Notes under the pieces: generated by a model
Told to the model about the DNA's origin: nothing
Seen by the model: only the letters and a program-made list of their open reading frames with translations
The model's database searches: none
From: an uncultured Clostridia bacterium
GTDB lineage: Bacteria; Bacillota; Clostridia; Christensenellales; CAMQZB01
NCBI GenBank assembly: GCA_964541255.1
Contig: CAZIPL010000005.1
Coordinates: 1 to 58,798, forward strand
Direction of reading: 5' to 3'
DNA: 58,798 nucleotides
Part shown: piece by piece, positions 1 to 9,199 of the stretch
Numbering within the stretch: the stretch's first letter is position 1
How the letters are laid out: every line of letters starts with the position of its first letter
Position numbers and translations under genes: made by a program

Positions 1-430
1 AAACCGCCATATCGTATATCTTTTTATTCGGATCGATGACAAAACCGTATTTCTTCGCTATATCCGCAACCTTAGCCGCGTCTGCTTTAGGGTTATAACG
101 GCCTTTGTCTTTCAAGCCCAAAACGATGTTTTCCGTTGCGGTAAAGACATCGACAAGCTTGAAATGCTGGTGTATCATTCCGATCTTATACTCGTAAGCG
201 TCGTGAGGGGACTTGATAACCGCCTCCTTGCCGTTGATGTATATATGTCCTTCGTCGGGATAATAAATTCCGGCGATCATATTCATAAGGGTAGTTTTCC
301 CGGAGCCGTTTTCTCCGAGAAGTGCCAATATTTCGCCCTTTTCAAGCGTCAGATTGACGTTTTTATTGGCAACGATTTTGCCAAAATATTTACTTACGCC
401 TTTAATTTCTAAAAGTGGAGTGTTCGACAC
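1..430 (-). CDS. Nucleoside/sugar ABC transporter ATP-binding protein (NupA/YufO-like), N-terminal part, truncated by the window edge
   Basis: Not in the ORF track. Manual translation from GTG at 430 after GGAGG: (M)SNTPLLEIKGVSKYFGKIVANKNVNLTLEKGEILALLGENGSGKTTLMNMIAG...IGMIHQHFKLV. Walker A and CUT2-type Q-loop; follows a BMP lipoprotein. Confidence 0.9.
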   Translation of the reverse strand, partial: MSNTPLLEIKGVSKYFGKIVANKNVNLTLEKGEILALLGENGSGKTTLMNMIAGIYYPDEGHIYINGKEAVIKSPHDAYEYKIGMIHQHFKLVDVFTATENIVLGLKDKGRYNPKADAAKVADIAKKYGFVIDPNKKIYDMAV

Positions 431-514
431 AAAAATACCTCCGTAAAAATAACTTGTCGAGGCGAAGAATAACCATTCTCCGCCTCTAAAAGTGACTGTA
501 TAATTATGTTTATA

Positions 515-1777
515 TTAGAAAGCTGTGTTCAAAAGATTGATTCCGTCGATGTTTACGTCGAAATAAGGAGCGGATCTGACAGAGCTTTCGTCGAAGTATG
601 TAACACCGTTTTCGGTCTTAACTACATTCGTGTCGCCTACATAATCTCCGTCGGTATCAGCGTTGTAAGCAACGAGATGTCCGTTAGCGTCAACGGTTGC
701 GTTGGTATTCTTGTCTGCGGTTACGGTTACCGTGAAGTTAGCACAGTCGAATACTTTGATTTCGCCGCTGATAAGTTTAGCCTTAACTTCGTCAAGCTTT
801 GCCTGAGTTCCTGCTGCAGCAGCGCCGCCTACAGAAGTAAGAACAACGGAGTTGTCGCTGAGCGTTCCGAGCTTATCGGTGTCGATCGACTTGTTGTTCA
901 TAGCGCAATCGATGATGTACTCGAAGTAAGGCTGCCAGTTGATTCTGGAAGAAACGATGAATGTGTTGGGGCAAGCGGATTCCGTGCTTCCGTTGTAAGA
1001 AACGTTGGGGATACCTGCTTCTTCGCAAGCGGTAGGAGCGCCCATGGAGTCTGCGTGCTGGCTGATAAGTGCAGCGCCTCTGTTGATAAGGAGCTTAGCA
1101 GCGTCTTTTTCAGCCTGCTCGTCGTACCAAGAACCCGTGAAGGTTACGTCCATAACGACGTTAGAAACAACGGACTTAACTCCGAGGAACCAAGAGGTAT
1201 AACCGGAAACAACTTCCGCATAGGTGAATGCGCCTACATAACCGACTTTGATATTTCCGTTTTCGTCATAGTTTTCAGAAGTGAGCTTGTTGTCGTCGAT
1301 CATTTCCTGAAGCTTGAGACCTGCTGCAACGCCGGCCAAATATCTTCCCTGATAAATGCTTGCGAATGCATTGTGGTAGTTGGAAAGGTTCTTCGTGTGA
1401 GCCATAACTCCCGTAGCGTGGCAGAACTGAACGTCTGTTGCTTCAGTAGCAGCTTCGATCATGAAGGATTCATGTCCGAAAGAATCTGCGAAAACTACTT
1501 TGCATCCCATATCCGCGAGGTTGAGTGCCTGTTCTTTGCATTCGGGACCTTCGGGAATGTTGGTTACGATTACGTACTGATTTTCGTTAAGACCTTTTGC
1601 TTTGCAAGCAGCCTTGAACGCGTCGATGAAGTTCTTGTCATAGGTAGAAGAATCGCCGTGCAAGCAGATAAGACCTGCAACAGGGGTGTCGTCATCATTG
1701 TTGTTGCAAGCAACCATGACTGTCGTAAGAGACATCATCATAACAATCGCGAGCACAATACTCAATACTTTTTTCAT
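515..1777 (-). CDS. BMP-family ABC transporter substrate-binding lipoprotein (purine/nucleoside)
   Basis: Lipobox-like VAC after a signal peptide; BMP motifs (FADSFG, SQHADS, GWYD-like GSWYD). Start moved to MKKVL because GGAGG lies just upstream. Confidence 0.88.
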   Translation of the reverse strand: MKKVLSIVLAIVMMMSLTTVMVACNNNDDDTPVAGLICLHGDSSTYDKNFIDAFKAACKAKGLNENQYVIVTNIPEGPECKEQALNLADMGCKVVFADSFGHESFMIEAATEATDVQFCHATGVMAHTKNLSNYHNAFASIYQGRYLAGVAAGLKLQEMIDDNKLTSENYDENGNIKVGYVGAFTYAEVVSGYTSWFLGVKSVVSNVVMDVTFTGSWYDEQAEKDAAKLLINRGAALISQHADSMGAPTACEEAGIPNVSYNGSTESACPNTFIVSSRINWQPYFEYIIDCAMNNKSIDTDKLGTLSDNSVVLTSVGGAAAAGTQAKLDEVKAKLISGEIKVFDCANFTVTVTADKNTNATVDANGHLVAYNADTDGDYVGDTNVVKTENGVTYFDESSVRSAPYFDVNIDGINLLNTAF

Positions 1778-1809
1778 ATATACCTCCATTATGCCTTTTC
1801 GGCAAAAAA

Positions 1810-2385
1810 TTAGTTCAAAAATTCAATTCCGTTTTCGTCCATCGAAGCGATGTTCGCAAGACAATAAGTCTCAACGCCCGCCACTTTGATTTTATCGAAA
1901 CCGCCTTGATATATCTTGCAAATCGCAGCGGTGAAGCCCACGACTTCGGCGCCCGCTTGTTTGCATATATCGATAAGTCCCATTCCGGCTTCGCCGTTTG
2001 CGAGGAAGTCGTCTACGATAAGAACCTTATCGCCTTTTTTCAAATATTCTTTCGATACGAGTACGTCGTTGACATTTCCGTGAGTAAAGCTGAATACTTT
2101 TGCGGAATATACGTCGTCGGCGATGTTGGAAGATTTGCTTTTTTTCGCAACGAGCACACGGCAATTAAAAAACTGCGCAGTCATACAAGCAAGCCCTATT
2201 CCCGATGCTTCCACCGTCAGAACCTTCGTAACCTCGCAGTCTTTGAAATGATTATATACGTCTTCGCCAAGGCAAGACAAAAGTTTCACGTCGAGCTGGT
2301 GATTCAAAAAGCCGTCGACTTTCAAAATCTTGCCGCCCTCGAGCACTTTCCCCTCTGTTAAAATTTTTTCTTCGAGCATCTTCAT
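1810..2385 (-). CDS. xpt: Xanthine phosphoribosyltransferase
   Basis: LKVDGFLNHQLD, LTVEASGI, VLIVDDFLANG PRPP-binding motif; 191 aa; purine riboswitch upstream. Confidence 0.95.
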   Translation of the reverse strand: MKMLEEKILTEGKVLEGGKILKVDGFLNHQLDVKLLSCLGEDVYNHFKDCEVTKVLTVEASGIGLACMTAQFFNCRVLVAKKSKSSNIADDVYSAKVFSFTHGNVNDVLVSKEYLKKGDKVLIVDDFLANGEAGMGLIDICKQAGAEVVGFTAAICKIYQGGFDKIKVAGVETYCLANIASMDENGIEFLN

Positions 2386-2423
2386 CGGTATATCTTCCTT
2401 GACTTAATAAGCATTTTTACAAT

Positions 2424-2454
2424 TAAAAAAACAAGTTTATTCACTAAACTTGTT
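2424..2454 (-). terminator. Intrinsic terminator of the xpt riboswitch leader
   Basis: Minus strand AACAAGTTTA-GTGAA-TAAACTTGTT followed by a T-run, between the aptamer and the xpt RBS. Confidence 0.8.
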
Positions 2455-2551
2455 GCCAAAACATCTTCACGGGGCGCAACTTTTCAAAAATCAAAAGCGC
2501 ATATCCCTAATAACAAATATGACCACCCGAATCGGACAGACAATATTTTTT

Positions 2552-2617
2552 CCAATAGTCGCACCTTATGGCGTTGCGGTAGAAACTTACAGACCCTATC
2601 ATCTATAGATATATTGG
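2552..2617 (-). promoter_or_regulatory. Purine riboswitch aptamer, guanine class
   Basis: Minus strand CCAATA-TATCTATAGATGATAGGGTCTGTAA-GTTTCTACC-GCAACGCCATAAGGTGC-GACTATTGG: P1 CCAATA/TATTGG, canonical GUUUCUAC junction, C at the position equivalent to C74; upstream of xpt. Confidence 0.9.
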
Positions 2618-2639
2618 CAAATATTCAATTGATACTTTT

Positions 2640-2668
2640 ATACTATACTACTTGATTAAAAAAGTCAA
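2640..2668 (-). promoter_or_regulatory. SigmaA-type promoter for the xpt operon
   Basis: TTGACT-N17-TAGTAT (TATAGT at N15 is an alternative) just upstream of the aptamer. Confidence 0.55.
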
Positions 2669-3153
2669 CAAAAAAGGCGGCGTTTAAGGCAAGATTTTGA
2701 ATAAAAGACACTTTCGTCACAAGATGTTGTTATTGTGATATTTTTGCTCAAAAACCAAAAAACATAACACCAACTTGCTTTTAACGAAAGAGATCATGGC
2801 GTTTTTATATTCAAATAATCTTTTTATGCGAATTGTTTTAGAAACGTAACAGCAAAAAATTTCGGTTCTAAAGCATACAAGCTAACGCATTTATAACTAT
2901 ATTTCACTATTATTATACACTCATCAATGAACGTATCATAATAAAGTTGAAAACAAGCCCGATAAAGAACCGAGCTTGTCATCAATAGATTTAGTTTTTG
3001 TCTAAACTTTTGAGTTCACTTCATTTCAAAAGCTCATTCACAAGAAGTATAATCTTTTTTTAGCTTTATGTTTCAAATAAAGTTTTAAGCCATAGTTTTA
3101 TACTTTTAATTAGTCTTTACCTTTTTATACACACAATTTGATATGGCAGATTT

Positions 3154-5727
3154 TCAAACTATAAATTCGAATTCGCCCGCTGTCAAGTTTTCGGTAACAT
3201 TGCCAACGGAGAACGTCGCTTTGCAATTTGCGGGAACTACGACTTTATAGGTAACCTTTTCTTCTTTTTTCTCCCAGCGACACGCAACTTTTCCGTAAGG
3301 GCTTTGATATTCGATTTCGGAATAGCTCAATCCACCGCCGACTTTAGGAGAAATTTCAAACTTTCTTGCGCCGACCACTTTAACGCCGCCGACTTCGGAG
3401 AAAATCCATTCGCATACGGCACCCGGGGAATAGTGATTGTTCGAGGATTTTCCTTCCCAATCCTCCCAAATCGTCGTTGCACCGCTTCTTATTTCGTTAA
3501 TCCAACCGGGATACTCGTCGTTTAGCAAAATCTTATACGCTTCTTCTGTATAGCCGTTTTGCGACAAACTTCCGAGCAAGAATACCGTAGACAAGAATCC
3601 CGTTGCAACGTGATAATTTCTGTTTTTTGCAGAAAGAGCAAGTCGTGCGGCGAGTGCTTTTTTCATATCATCGTTTTCGAAAAGTCCCAACGCGATCGGA
3701 CGAACAAGTTTAGCTTGCCTATCCGTATCGGGAACCTCTTTCAAGTATTTATAGCGGTACGCTTTCTTCGCACCGTCGCTATATTTTTCAAAAAGCTTTT
3801 CGTCTTCTTTTTCACCGAGTACCCTTGCAATATCGGAAAGCGCGGAAAGCGTATAAGCAAAATACGCGGTAGGCTCCTCCGTTCTTTTTTCAACGCTGTT
3901 TCTGTTGAAATCCTCATACTCTTTCGGCTCGAGCCATTCGCCGAGCTGAACGCCGTGGCAATAGAGATATTCTTTATAAGGATTGTCGCTCTTTTTGTCT
4001 CCGCCCGCGTTCTTAATCAAGAACATTCCGAACTTTTTCATCGCTTCGTAGTTTTCTTTCAAAACTCTTTCGTCACGATATAACAAGTATTGACGGTACG
4101 GAATCAAGACCAATGCGTCCGCCCAACCCGCGGAAGAGCCTGTGGAATAATACATCCATTCAAGACCGTTCATCGGAACGACAGCCGAGACCATACCGCC
4201 GCCGTTTCTTTCGTCTAACATATCGCGGATAAACTTGCGATAGAACGGTGCGCCGTATACGAAGTAGTTCGCTGCGTTATAGAAAATCTGTGCGTCGCCC
4301 GTCCAGCCCATTCTCTCTCTTGTCGGGCAATCGGTCGGAACGTCGGCAAAATTACCTTTGACGCTCCAACGAGTGTTTTCGACTATTTTATTGACGTTTT
4401 CGTTCGACGAACGGAACTTAACCGTTTCTTCGATGTCGGAATAAACGGCGGTTACATAGAAATCTTCGGGAGAAAACTCAACATCCGTTTCGACGAGAAC
4501 ATACCTGAATCCGAAAATAGCAAACTTCGTTTCGTAATCGTTGTTCCCCTCTTTGCAAATATACTCAACCTTTTGGAGCGGCGTCAAAACGAGATTTTTC
4601 TCGTCCTTTTCACCGTATTTACTCATGCATACTTTGGTAAATTCTTCAACGATATTCCACTCATAATTGAGTTTTTTAAGTTGGAAGTTTTCTTGCGTAA
4701 ACTCGCCGTCTTTCATTATTTCACCGGCAAGTAACGTTACCTTACTTCCCTTTTTAGCGGTAAGATTAAAGCCGATAAAGCCAGCGATATTTTGAGAAAA
4801 ATCAAGCACCTTTTTGCCCGACGGCGTAATGATAAGCTTCGGCAAGAACTTTTCGTGCTTTTTGACAGAAACGTTGTCCGACGAAACGAGGTTCGCTTTT
4901 TTCGAAACCTCTTTCGCCTTTCCCGAATATGACGGCGTCATATTTCTATCTACGATTTCGCCATCCTTTAGATCTGCAAAACGAATACAACCGTCGTTAG
5001 ACCAATCAAAAGAAGAATCGGAAACAACAACTTCTTTTTCGCCGTTTTCGTAATATATTTCAAGCTGCGAAATAAACGCAAGCTCTCTTCCGTATACGGC
5101 GGTTTTGCCGTATGCTCCGACGCTTCCTCTATACCAGCCGTCCGCAAGCTCTACGGTAAATTCATTGTCGTTTTGCAATAGTTCCGTAACATCATATGTT
5201 TGATATTGAACTCTCTTTCGATAATCCGTCGCGCCGGGCGCCAAAACAACGTCGCTTACGTTTTTACCGTTTATTTTCGCCTCATAAATTCCGAGTGCCG
5301 ACATATAAAGCCTTGCTTTTCTTATCTTACCGCTCGTTTTGAAGGTCTTTCTGAAACAGTCAACGGGATATCTCGTACTCTTTTTCGGCTTATAGTTTCC
5401 GCTTATCCACTTTGCCTTGAAATCGCTTTGCTCCAACAAGCCCATTTCGAAAAACGCCTTTTCGCTCCAGTCGGAAAGGTTACCGTTTTCGTCGGATATT
5501 CTGACTTGCCAAGAAACCTCATCCCTACTTTTTAAATTTTCGGGAAGATCGCAGAACATTTCCACAGTTTCTCTCTTAACGTCTTTTTTAACTCCGTTGA
5601 CGGAATATCTTATTTCATAGCTTTTTTGTTCGACAAGCCCCTCGTCGTTCCAAAATAATCTCGGAGTTTTTATACCGAGCCCCATCGGGTTTTTAAGATA
5701 CTCCGTTCTAAGCCTAATTGCCCTCAT
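3154..5727 (-). CDS. Alpha-L-rhamnosidase family protein (GH78)
   Basis: PTDCPTRERMGWTGDAQIF, GATTIWEDW and SNNHYSPG motifs; AAGGAG RBS before MRAIRLRTE. Confidence 0.9.
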   Translation of the reverse strand: MRAIRLRTEYLKNPMGLGIKTPRLFWNDEGLVEQKSYEIRYSVNGVKKDVKRETVEMFCDLPENLKSRDEVSWQVRISDENGNLSDWSEKAFFEMGLLEQSDFKAKWISGNYKPKKSTRYPVDCFRKTFKTSGKIRKARLYMSALGIYEAKINGKNVSDVVLAPGATDYRKRVQYQTYDVTELLQNDNEFTVELADGWYRGSVGAYGKTAVYGRELAFISQLEIYYENGEKEVVVSDSSFDWSNDGCIRFADLKDGEIVDRNMTPSYSGKAKEVSKKANLVSSDNVSVKKHEKFLPKLIITPSGKKVLDFSQNIAGFIGFNLTAKKGSKVTLLAGEIMKDGEFTQENFQLKKLNYEWNIVEEFTKVCMSKYGEKDEKNLVLTPLQKVEYICKEGNNDYETKFAIFGFRYVLVETDVEFSPEDFYVTAVYSDIEETVKFRSSNENVNKIVENTRWSVKGNFADVPTDCPTRERMGWTGDAQIFYNAANYFVYGAPFYRKFIRDMLDERNGGGMVSAVVPMNGLEWMYYSTGSSAGWADALVLIPYRQYLLYRDERVLKENYEAMKKFGMFLIKNAGGDKKSDNPYKEYLYCHGVQLGEWLEPKEYEDFNRNSVEKRTEEPTAYFAYTLSALSDIARVLGEKEDEKLFEKYSDGAKKAYRYKYLKEVPDTDRQAKLVRPIALGLFENDDMKKALAARLALSAKNRNYHVATGFLSTVFLLGSLSQNGYTEEAYKILLNDEYPGWINEIRSGATTIWEDWEGKSSNNHYSPGAVCEWIFSEVGGVKVVGARKFEISPKVGGGLSYSEIEYQSPYGKVACRWEKKEEKVTYKVVVPANCKATFSVGNVTENLTAGEFEFIV

Positions 5728-6007
5728 TTCATTCTCCTTATATTTTTCGTTGTATGCATTATAAAGCATAAATTCTCTTTCGTATTGCAACTTTTCTAAA
5801 ATTATTGCAAATTATTACGATATATTTCAAATTATTCTCTATCTCGATATTTTTAGAAAAATCGATAATCATATCGACAGCAATCAAATTCATCAAGAAT
5901 AAAAAGTTTTTGTAAAAAGCTCATACGCACCGTAATATATAACACCAAAAATATCAAACTTGCTTGCAAGGGTTTGGAATTTCAAAGTTTTGCTAAACCT
6001 CAACAAT

Positions 6008-6049
6008 CCCTCAGTCCCCTTCGGCGACAGCCCCCTTACTAAAGGAGCC
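6008..6049. repeat. Degenerate Clostridia-type REP-like palindromic repeat
   Basis: CCCTCAGTCCCCTTCGGCGACAGCCCCCTTACTAAAGGAGCC resembles, from memory, the dispersed CCCTCAGTC-N-GACAGCTCCC-N-GGGAGCC repeat of Clostridia. Confidence 0.55.
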
Positions 6050-6250
6050 TTTAGTTTTGAGGCAAAACATTCTTGTTTTGCAAAGATTTTGTCGTTAGAC
6101 AAAAGATTACTTCTTATAGGTTATACAGCGAAAACCGACGATTATTCGAAAAAGAAAACTATCGCTATATATAGGGATATTCCCATATAAAAAAGTGTGC
6201 GTTTTTCGCACACTTTTTTTAGTAATCATGTTTTTATTATCCTTTCTTTT

Positions 6251-6637
6251 TTAATCTGCAATCGTTTTTTCGACGTATCTGATGTTAATTTCAGCAGTCG
6301 CTTTTTTCGAAGAAATCGCGATTTCGTAATTGCAATCGCTCGGAAGAGTCAGATAAAACGCTCCAGAATCGGCATCGTTTGAGACATATACCTTTTCGCC
6401 GTTCTCTCCCGATATTCTTATATCGAGCTCCCCTCCGCTTTTTTCTATTCGAACTTCAAGCTCGATTCCCTTTTCGCCCTCAAAAGTCCTTACGTCTTCG
6501 CCCGTGAAGCCTGAAAGAGAATAGTTCATCTTTCCATCATCCGAAGAAAAACTCAACTCGCCTTTTTGGCAAGACGCCAATGACAGCAAGAGAGTCAAGC
6601 AAACCAAAATCAAAATATACTTTTTCAACGTTTTCAT
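6251..6637 (-). CDS. Small lipoprotein of unknown function
   Basis: Signal peptide with lipobox LASC; about 128 aa. Confidence 0.7.
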   Translation of the reverse strand: MKTLKKYILILVCLTLLLSLASCQKGELSFSSDDGKMNYSLSGFTGEDVRTFEGEKGIELEVRIEKSGGELDIRISGENGEKVYVSNDADSGAFYLTLPSDCNYEIAISSKKATAEINIRYVEKTIAD

Positions 6638-6737
6638 AAACAACCTATTAGAAATACAGTGGCGTTTCTATTCTTTGTTAGCAAAACAGAAACTTCTTGT
6701 TACGTGTTTTTCGAAAATCCAAAGCTCTACTTATTTT

Positions 6738-7304
6738 TCAAATCAATCCGAGCTCTTTGCAAATTGCCTCCAAGTCTTCGGACGGGTTCAACGCTTCGTT
6801 GATGTCAAAACCCGACTCCGACGGCTCGTACATACGGTAATCGACAACGCCGCCTTTTCTCATGGTGGGATTTTGCTCTTTGAACATCTTGTCGAAAACG
6901 TCTGCTTTCATATAGTCCGTTCCCAAAATCTCGTCCATTTTGTGCAAAAACTCCTCTGCGCTCAAAAGGTTATCGTCAAGCGGATATTTGTTAAGAAGTC
7001 TTTTATAATAAGAAACAAGCTTTCCCTCGAACACTTTGAGTCTTATCAGATTGCCCTCGAACTTATTCTTCGCGGCAAGCTCGATTTCTTTGGACTTACT
7101 TATCGCAGAAACGAGGGCTTCCGAAATCGCGGACTCTTTTTCTTTATATTTTTTTACTTCTTCTTTAAGCGTTTCGTTTTCTTTTACAAGCGAAAAAATC
7201 CGTTCCTTTTGGTCGGAAAGGGTGTTTTCGTATTCAAACGCCTCTTCACGCAAAAGCTCTTTGACCTCTTGCGCGGAATATTTTCTGTCCTGCAATTCTT
7301 TCAT
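6738..7304 (-). CDS. DivIVA/GpsB-like coiled-coil protein
   Basis: YSAQEVKELL...ENETLKEEVKKYKEKESAISEALVSA resembles the DivIVA coiled coil; RBS GAGGG. Confidence 0.55.
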   Translation of the reverse strand: MKELQDRKYSAQEVKELLREEAFEYENTLSDQKERIFSLVKENETLKEEVKKYKEKESAISEALVSAISKSKEIELAAKNKFEGNLIRLKVFEGKLVSYYKRLLNKYPLDDNLLSAEEFLHKMDEILGTDYMKADVFDKMFKEQNPTMRKGGVVDYRMYEPSESGFDINEALNPSEDLEAICKELGLI

Positions 7305-7401
7305 TTTCCCTCGTTAATTAGCCATATTGAAAAGTTACAAGCAAATATTGCGATTTGATTGCACCAAAAACTTAATTGCGAATATCTCAATCGATATTCT
7401 G

Positions 7402-8859
7402 TCAGTCGTGCTTTTTGACTTGTCGTATCTTTGCGATCATCGCCGTTTTAAGGTCATAAAGGTTCTTCGAAAGGTCAACCTTATACGTCTGCGGATTGGT
7501 TATTCGCCTATATTCCTCCCAGAACGTATCCTTGTCCGCGATGCAATATTCCCTCGCCTTAGATAGCGTCGGGAAGTCATATACCACCTCGCCTCTTCTC
7601 ATAATCTCGACGTGAAGATCTTTGACGTAATAATTCGTAAGCGTCATTTGCTTCCACGTTTCGACGGGGTGGAAAATCGTAAGCTCGTCTTCGGGGAAAG
7701 TCTCTCCTTTTAAGCCGATAAGGTCGGCTATCGCCTTATCCGTTTCTTTATTATAAATTCTATAAACCGACTTGTAACCGGGGGTAGTAATCTTAATCGC
7801 GTTGTCCGAAAGCTTGATTTTAGGGATCTCAACTCCGTTTTCATAAATCGCGCTCATCTTATAAACTCCGCCGAGAGACGGCATATCGTATGACGTTATG
7901 AGCTTTGTGCCTACGCCCCAGATGTCGATTTTCGCGCCTTGGTGGATAAGCGACTGTATAAGCGTTTCGTCAAGATCGGAAGAAACGCAAATCTTCGCCT
8001 TTTCAAAGCCTGCCTCGTCGAGCATTTTTCTCGCTTTTTTGGACAAGTACGAAAGGTCTCCCGAGTCAAGTCTGATCCCGGACGGTTCCAAGCCCTTTTC
8101 TCTCATCTCCTTGAAAACGGTTATGGCGTTAGGAACGCCGCTTTTCAACGTATCGTAAGTATCGACGAGCAAAAGGCAGTTATCGGGATAAAGTTTTGCG
8201 TATTCTCTGAACGCCGTAATCTCGTCGGGGAAAGACATTACCCACGAATGAGAGTGCGTACCCTTGCACGGGATTCCGAATTCCTTTGCGGCAAGAACGT
8301 TGCTCGTCGCGTCGCAACCGCCCAAAACAGCGGCTCTTGCTCCGTAAATACCAGCATCGGGACCTTGCGCGCGTCTAAGCCCGAATTCAAGCACAGACGT
8401 ATCGCCCGCAGCTTGCTTGACTCTCGCACCCTTTGTCGCAATAAGCGTTTGATGATTTATTATCGTCAAAAGCGCCGTTTCTATTATCTGCGCCTGCTCC
8501 AAAGGAGCTTTGACCGTCAAAATAGGTTCCATCGGGAAAATGACCGTACCCTCGGGAACGGCATATACGTCGCCTGTGAAACGGAACGTTCTCAAATGAT
8601 TCAAGAAGCCCTCGTCGAAGTCGCCCGTCGAGCGGAGATATTCGATGTCGTCCTCCTCGAAACGAAGATTTTTGAGATAATCTATCGCTTGTTCGAGTCC
8701 AGCGGCGATAGCATAGTTAAAAGCATTTTCTCTGTAGAAAATATCGAATACCGCCTCTCTGTCGCTTCTGCCCTCGAGATAATATCCGTTTGCCATAGTG
8801 AGCTGATAATAGTCCGTCAGCATCGAAAGGTTTCTTTCTATTTTAGTCGTTTTTTCCAT
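7402..8859 (-). CDS. pncB: Nicotinate phosphoribosyltransferase
   Basis: LTDYYQLTM, EFGLRRAQG, GTHSHSW, LVDTYD, GIRLDSGD, GVGTKL motifs. Confidence 0.96.
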   Translation of the reverse strand: MEKTTKIERNLSMLTDYYQLTMANGYYLEGRSDREAVFDIFYRENAFNYAIAAGLEQAIDYLKNLRFEEDDIEYLRSTGDFDEGFLNHLRTFRFTGDVYAVPEGTVIFPMEPILTVKAPLEQAQIIETALLTIINHQTLIATKGARVKQAAGDTSVLEFGLRRAQGPDAGIYGARAAVLGGCDATSNVLAAKEFGIPCKGTHSHSWVMSFPDEITAFREYAKLYPDNCLLLVDTYDTLKSGVPNAITVFKEMREKGLEPSGIRLDSGDLSYLSKKARKMLDEAGFEKAKICVSSDLDETLIQSLIHQGAKIDIWGVGTKLITSYDMPSLGGVYKMSAIYENGVEIPKIKLSDNAIKITTPGYKSVYRIYNKETDKAIADLIGLKGETFPEDELTIFHPVETWKQMTLTNYYVKDLHVEIMRRGEVVYDFPTLSKAREYCIADKDTFWEEYRRITNPQTYKVDLSKNLYDLKTAMIAKIRQVKKHD

Positions 8860-9199
8860 TGTCCCACTTGCTTCCTTTATTTACAATTATCGAAAGTATC
8901 GACGTTATCGCGCCAACGATGATTAGTATACAAACAATCGCGACGAATTTCAAAACGTTGAATTTCGCAAGTATCGAAATAGCTCCGAAAAACAACATCG
9001 TTCCGCCCGCGACAATTCGCCAATATTTTTTCTCTATGATTCCGAATACGATTCCGACAACGCCGACGGCAAAGAACATTACCGAGAAAAAGCCGAGTAT
9101 TCCGAAATCGAAGCCCTCGACGAACGTACTGATAAGCCAAAGCACCGACGCGATAAGAGCAACGACGGCTACGCATAATTCATACAAGCGCTTTTTCAT
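8843..9199 (-). CDS. Small membrane protein (about 4 TM), unknown function
   Basis: Hydrophobic 118 aa ORF overlapping both lgt and pncB, suggesting translational coupling. Confidence 0.7.
   Translation of the reverse strand: MKKRLYELCVAVVALIASVLWLISTFVEGFDFGILGFFSVMFFAVGVVGIVFGIIEKKYWRIVAGGTMLFFGAISILAKFNVLKFVAIVCILIIVGAITSILSIIVNKGSKWDNGKND

Noticed and set aside
2460-2550. Tandem PRPP (ykkC) aptamer after the guanine riboswitch
   Set aside because: Conserved CUAGGGUUCC and GACCGAGCGG-type strings are absent.
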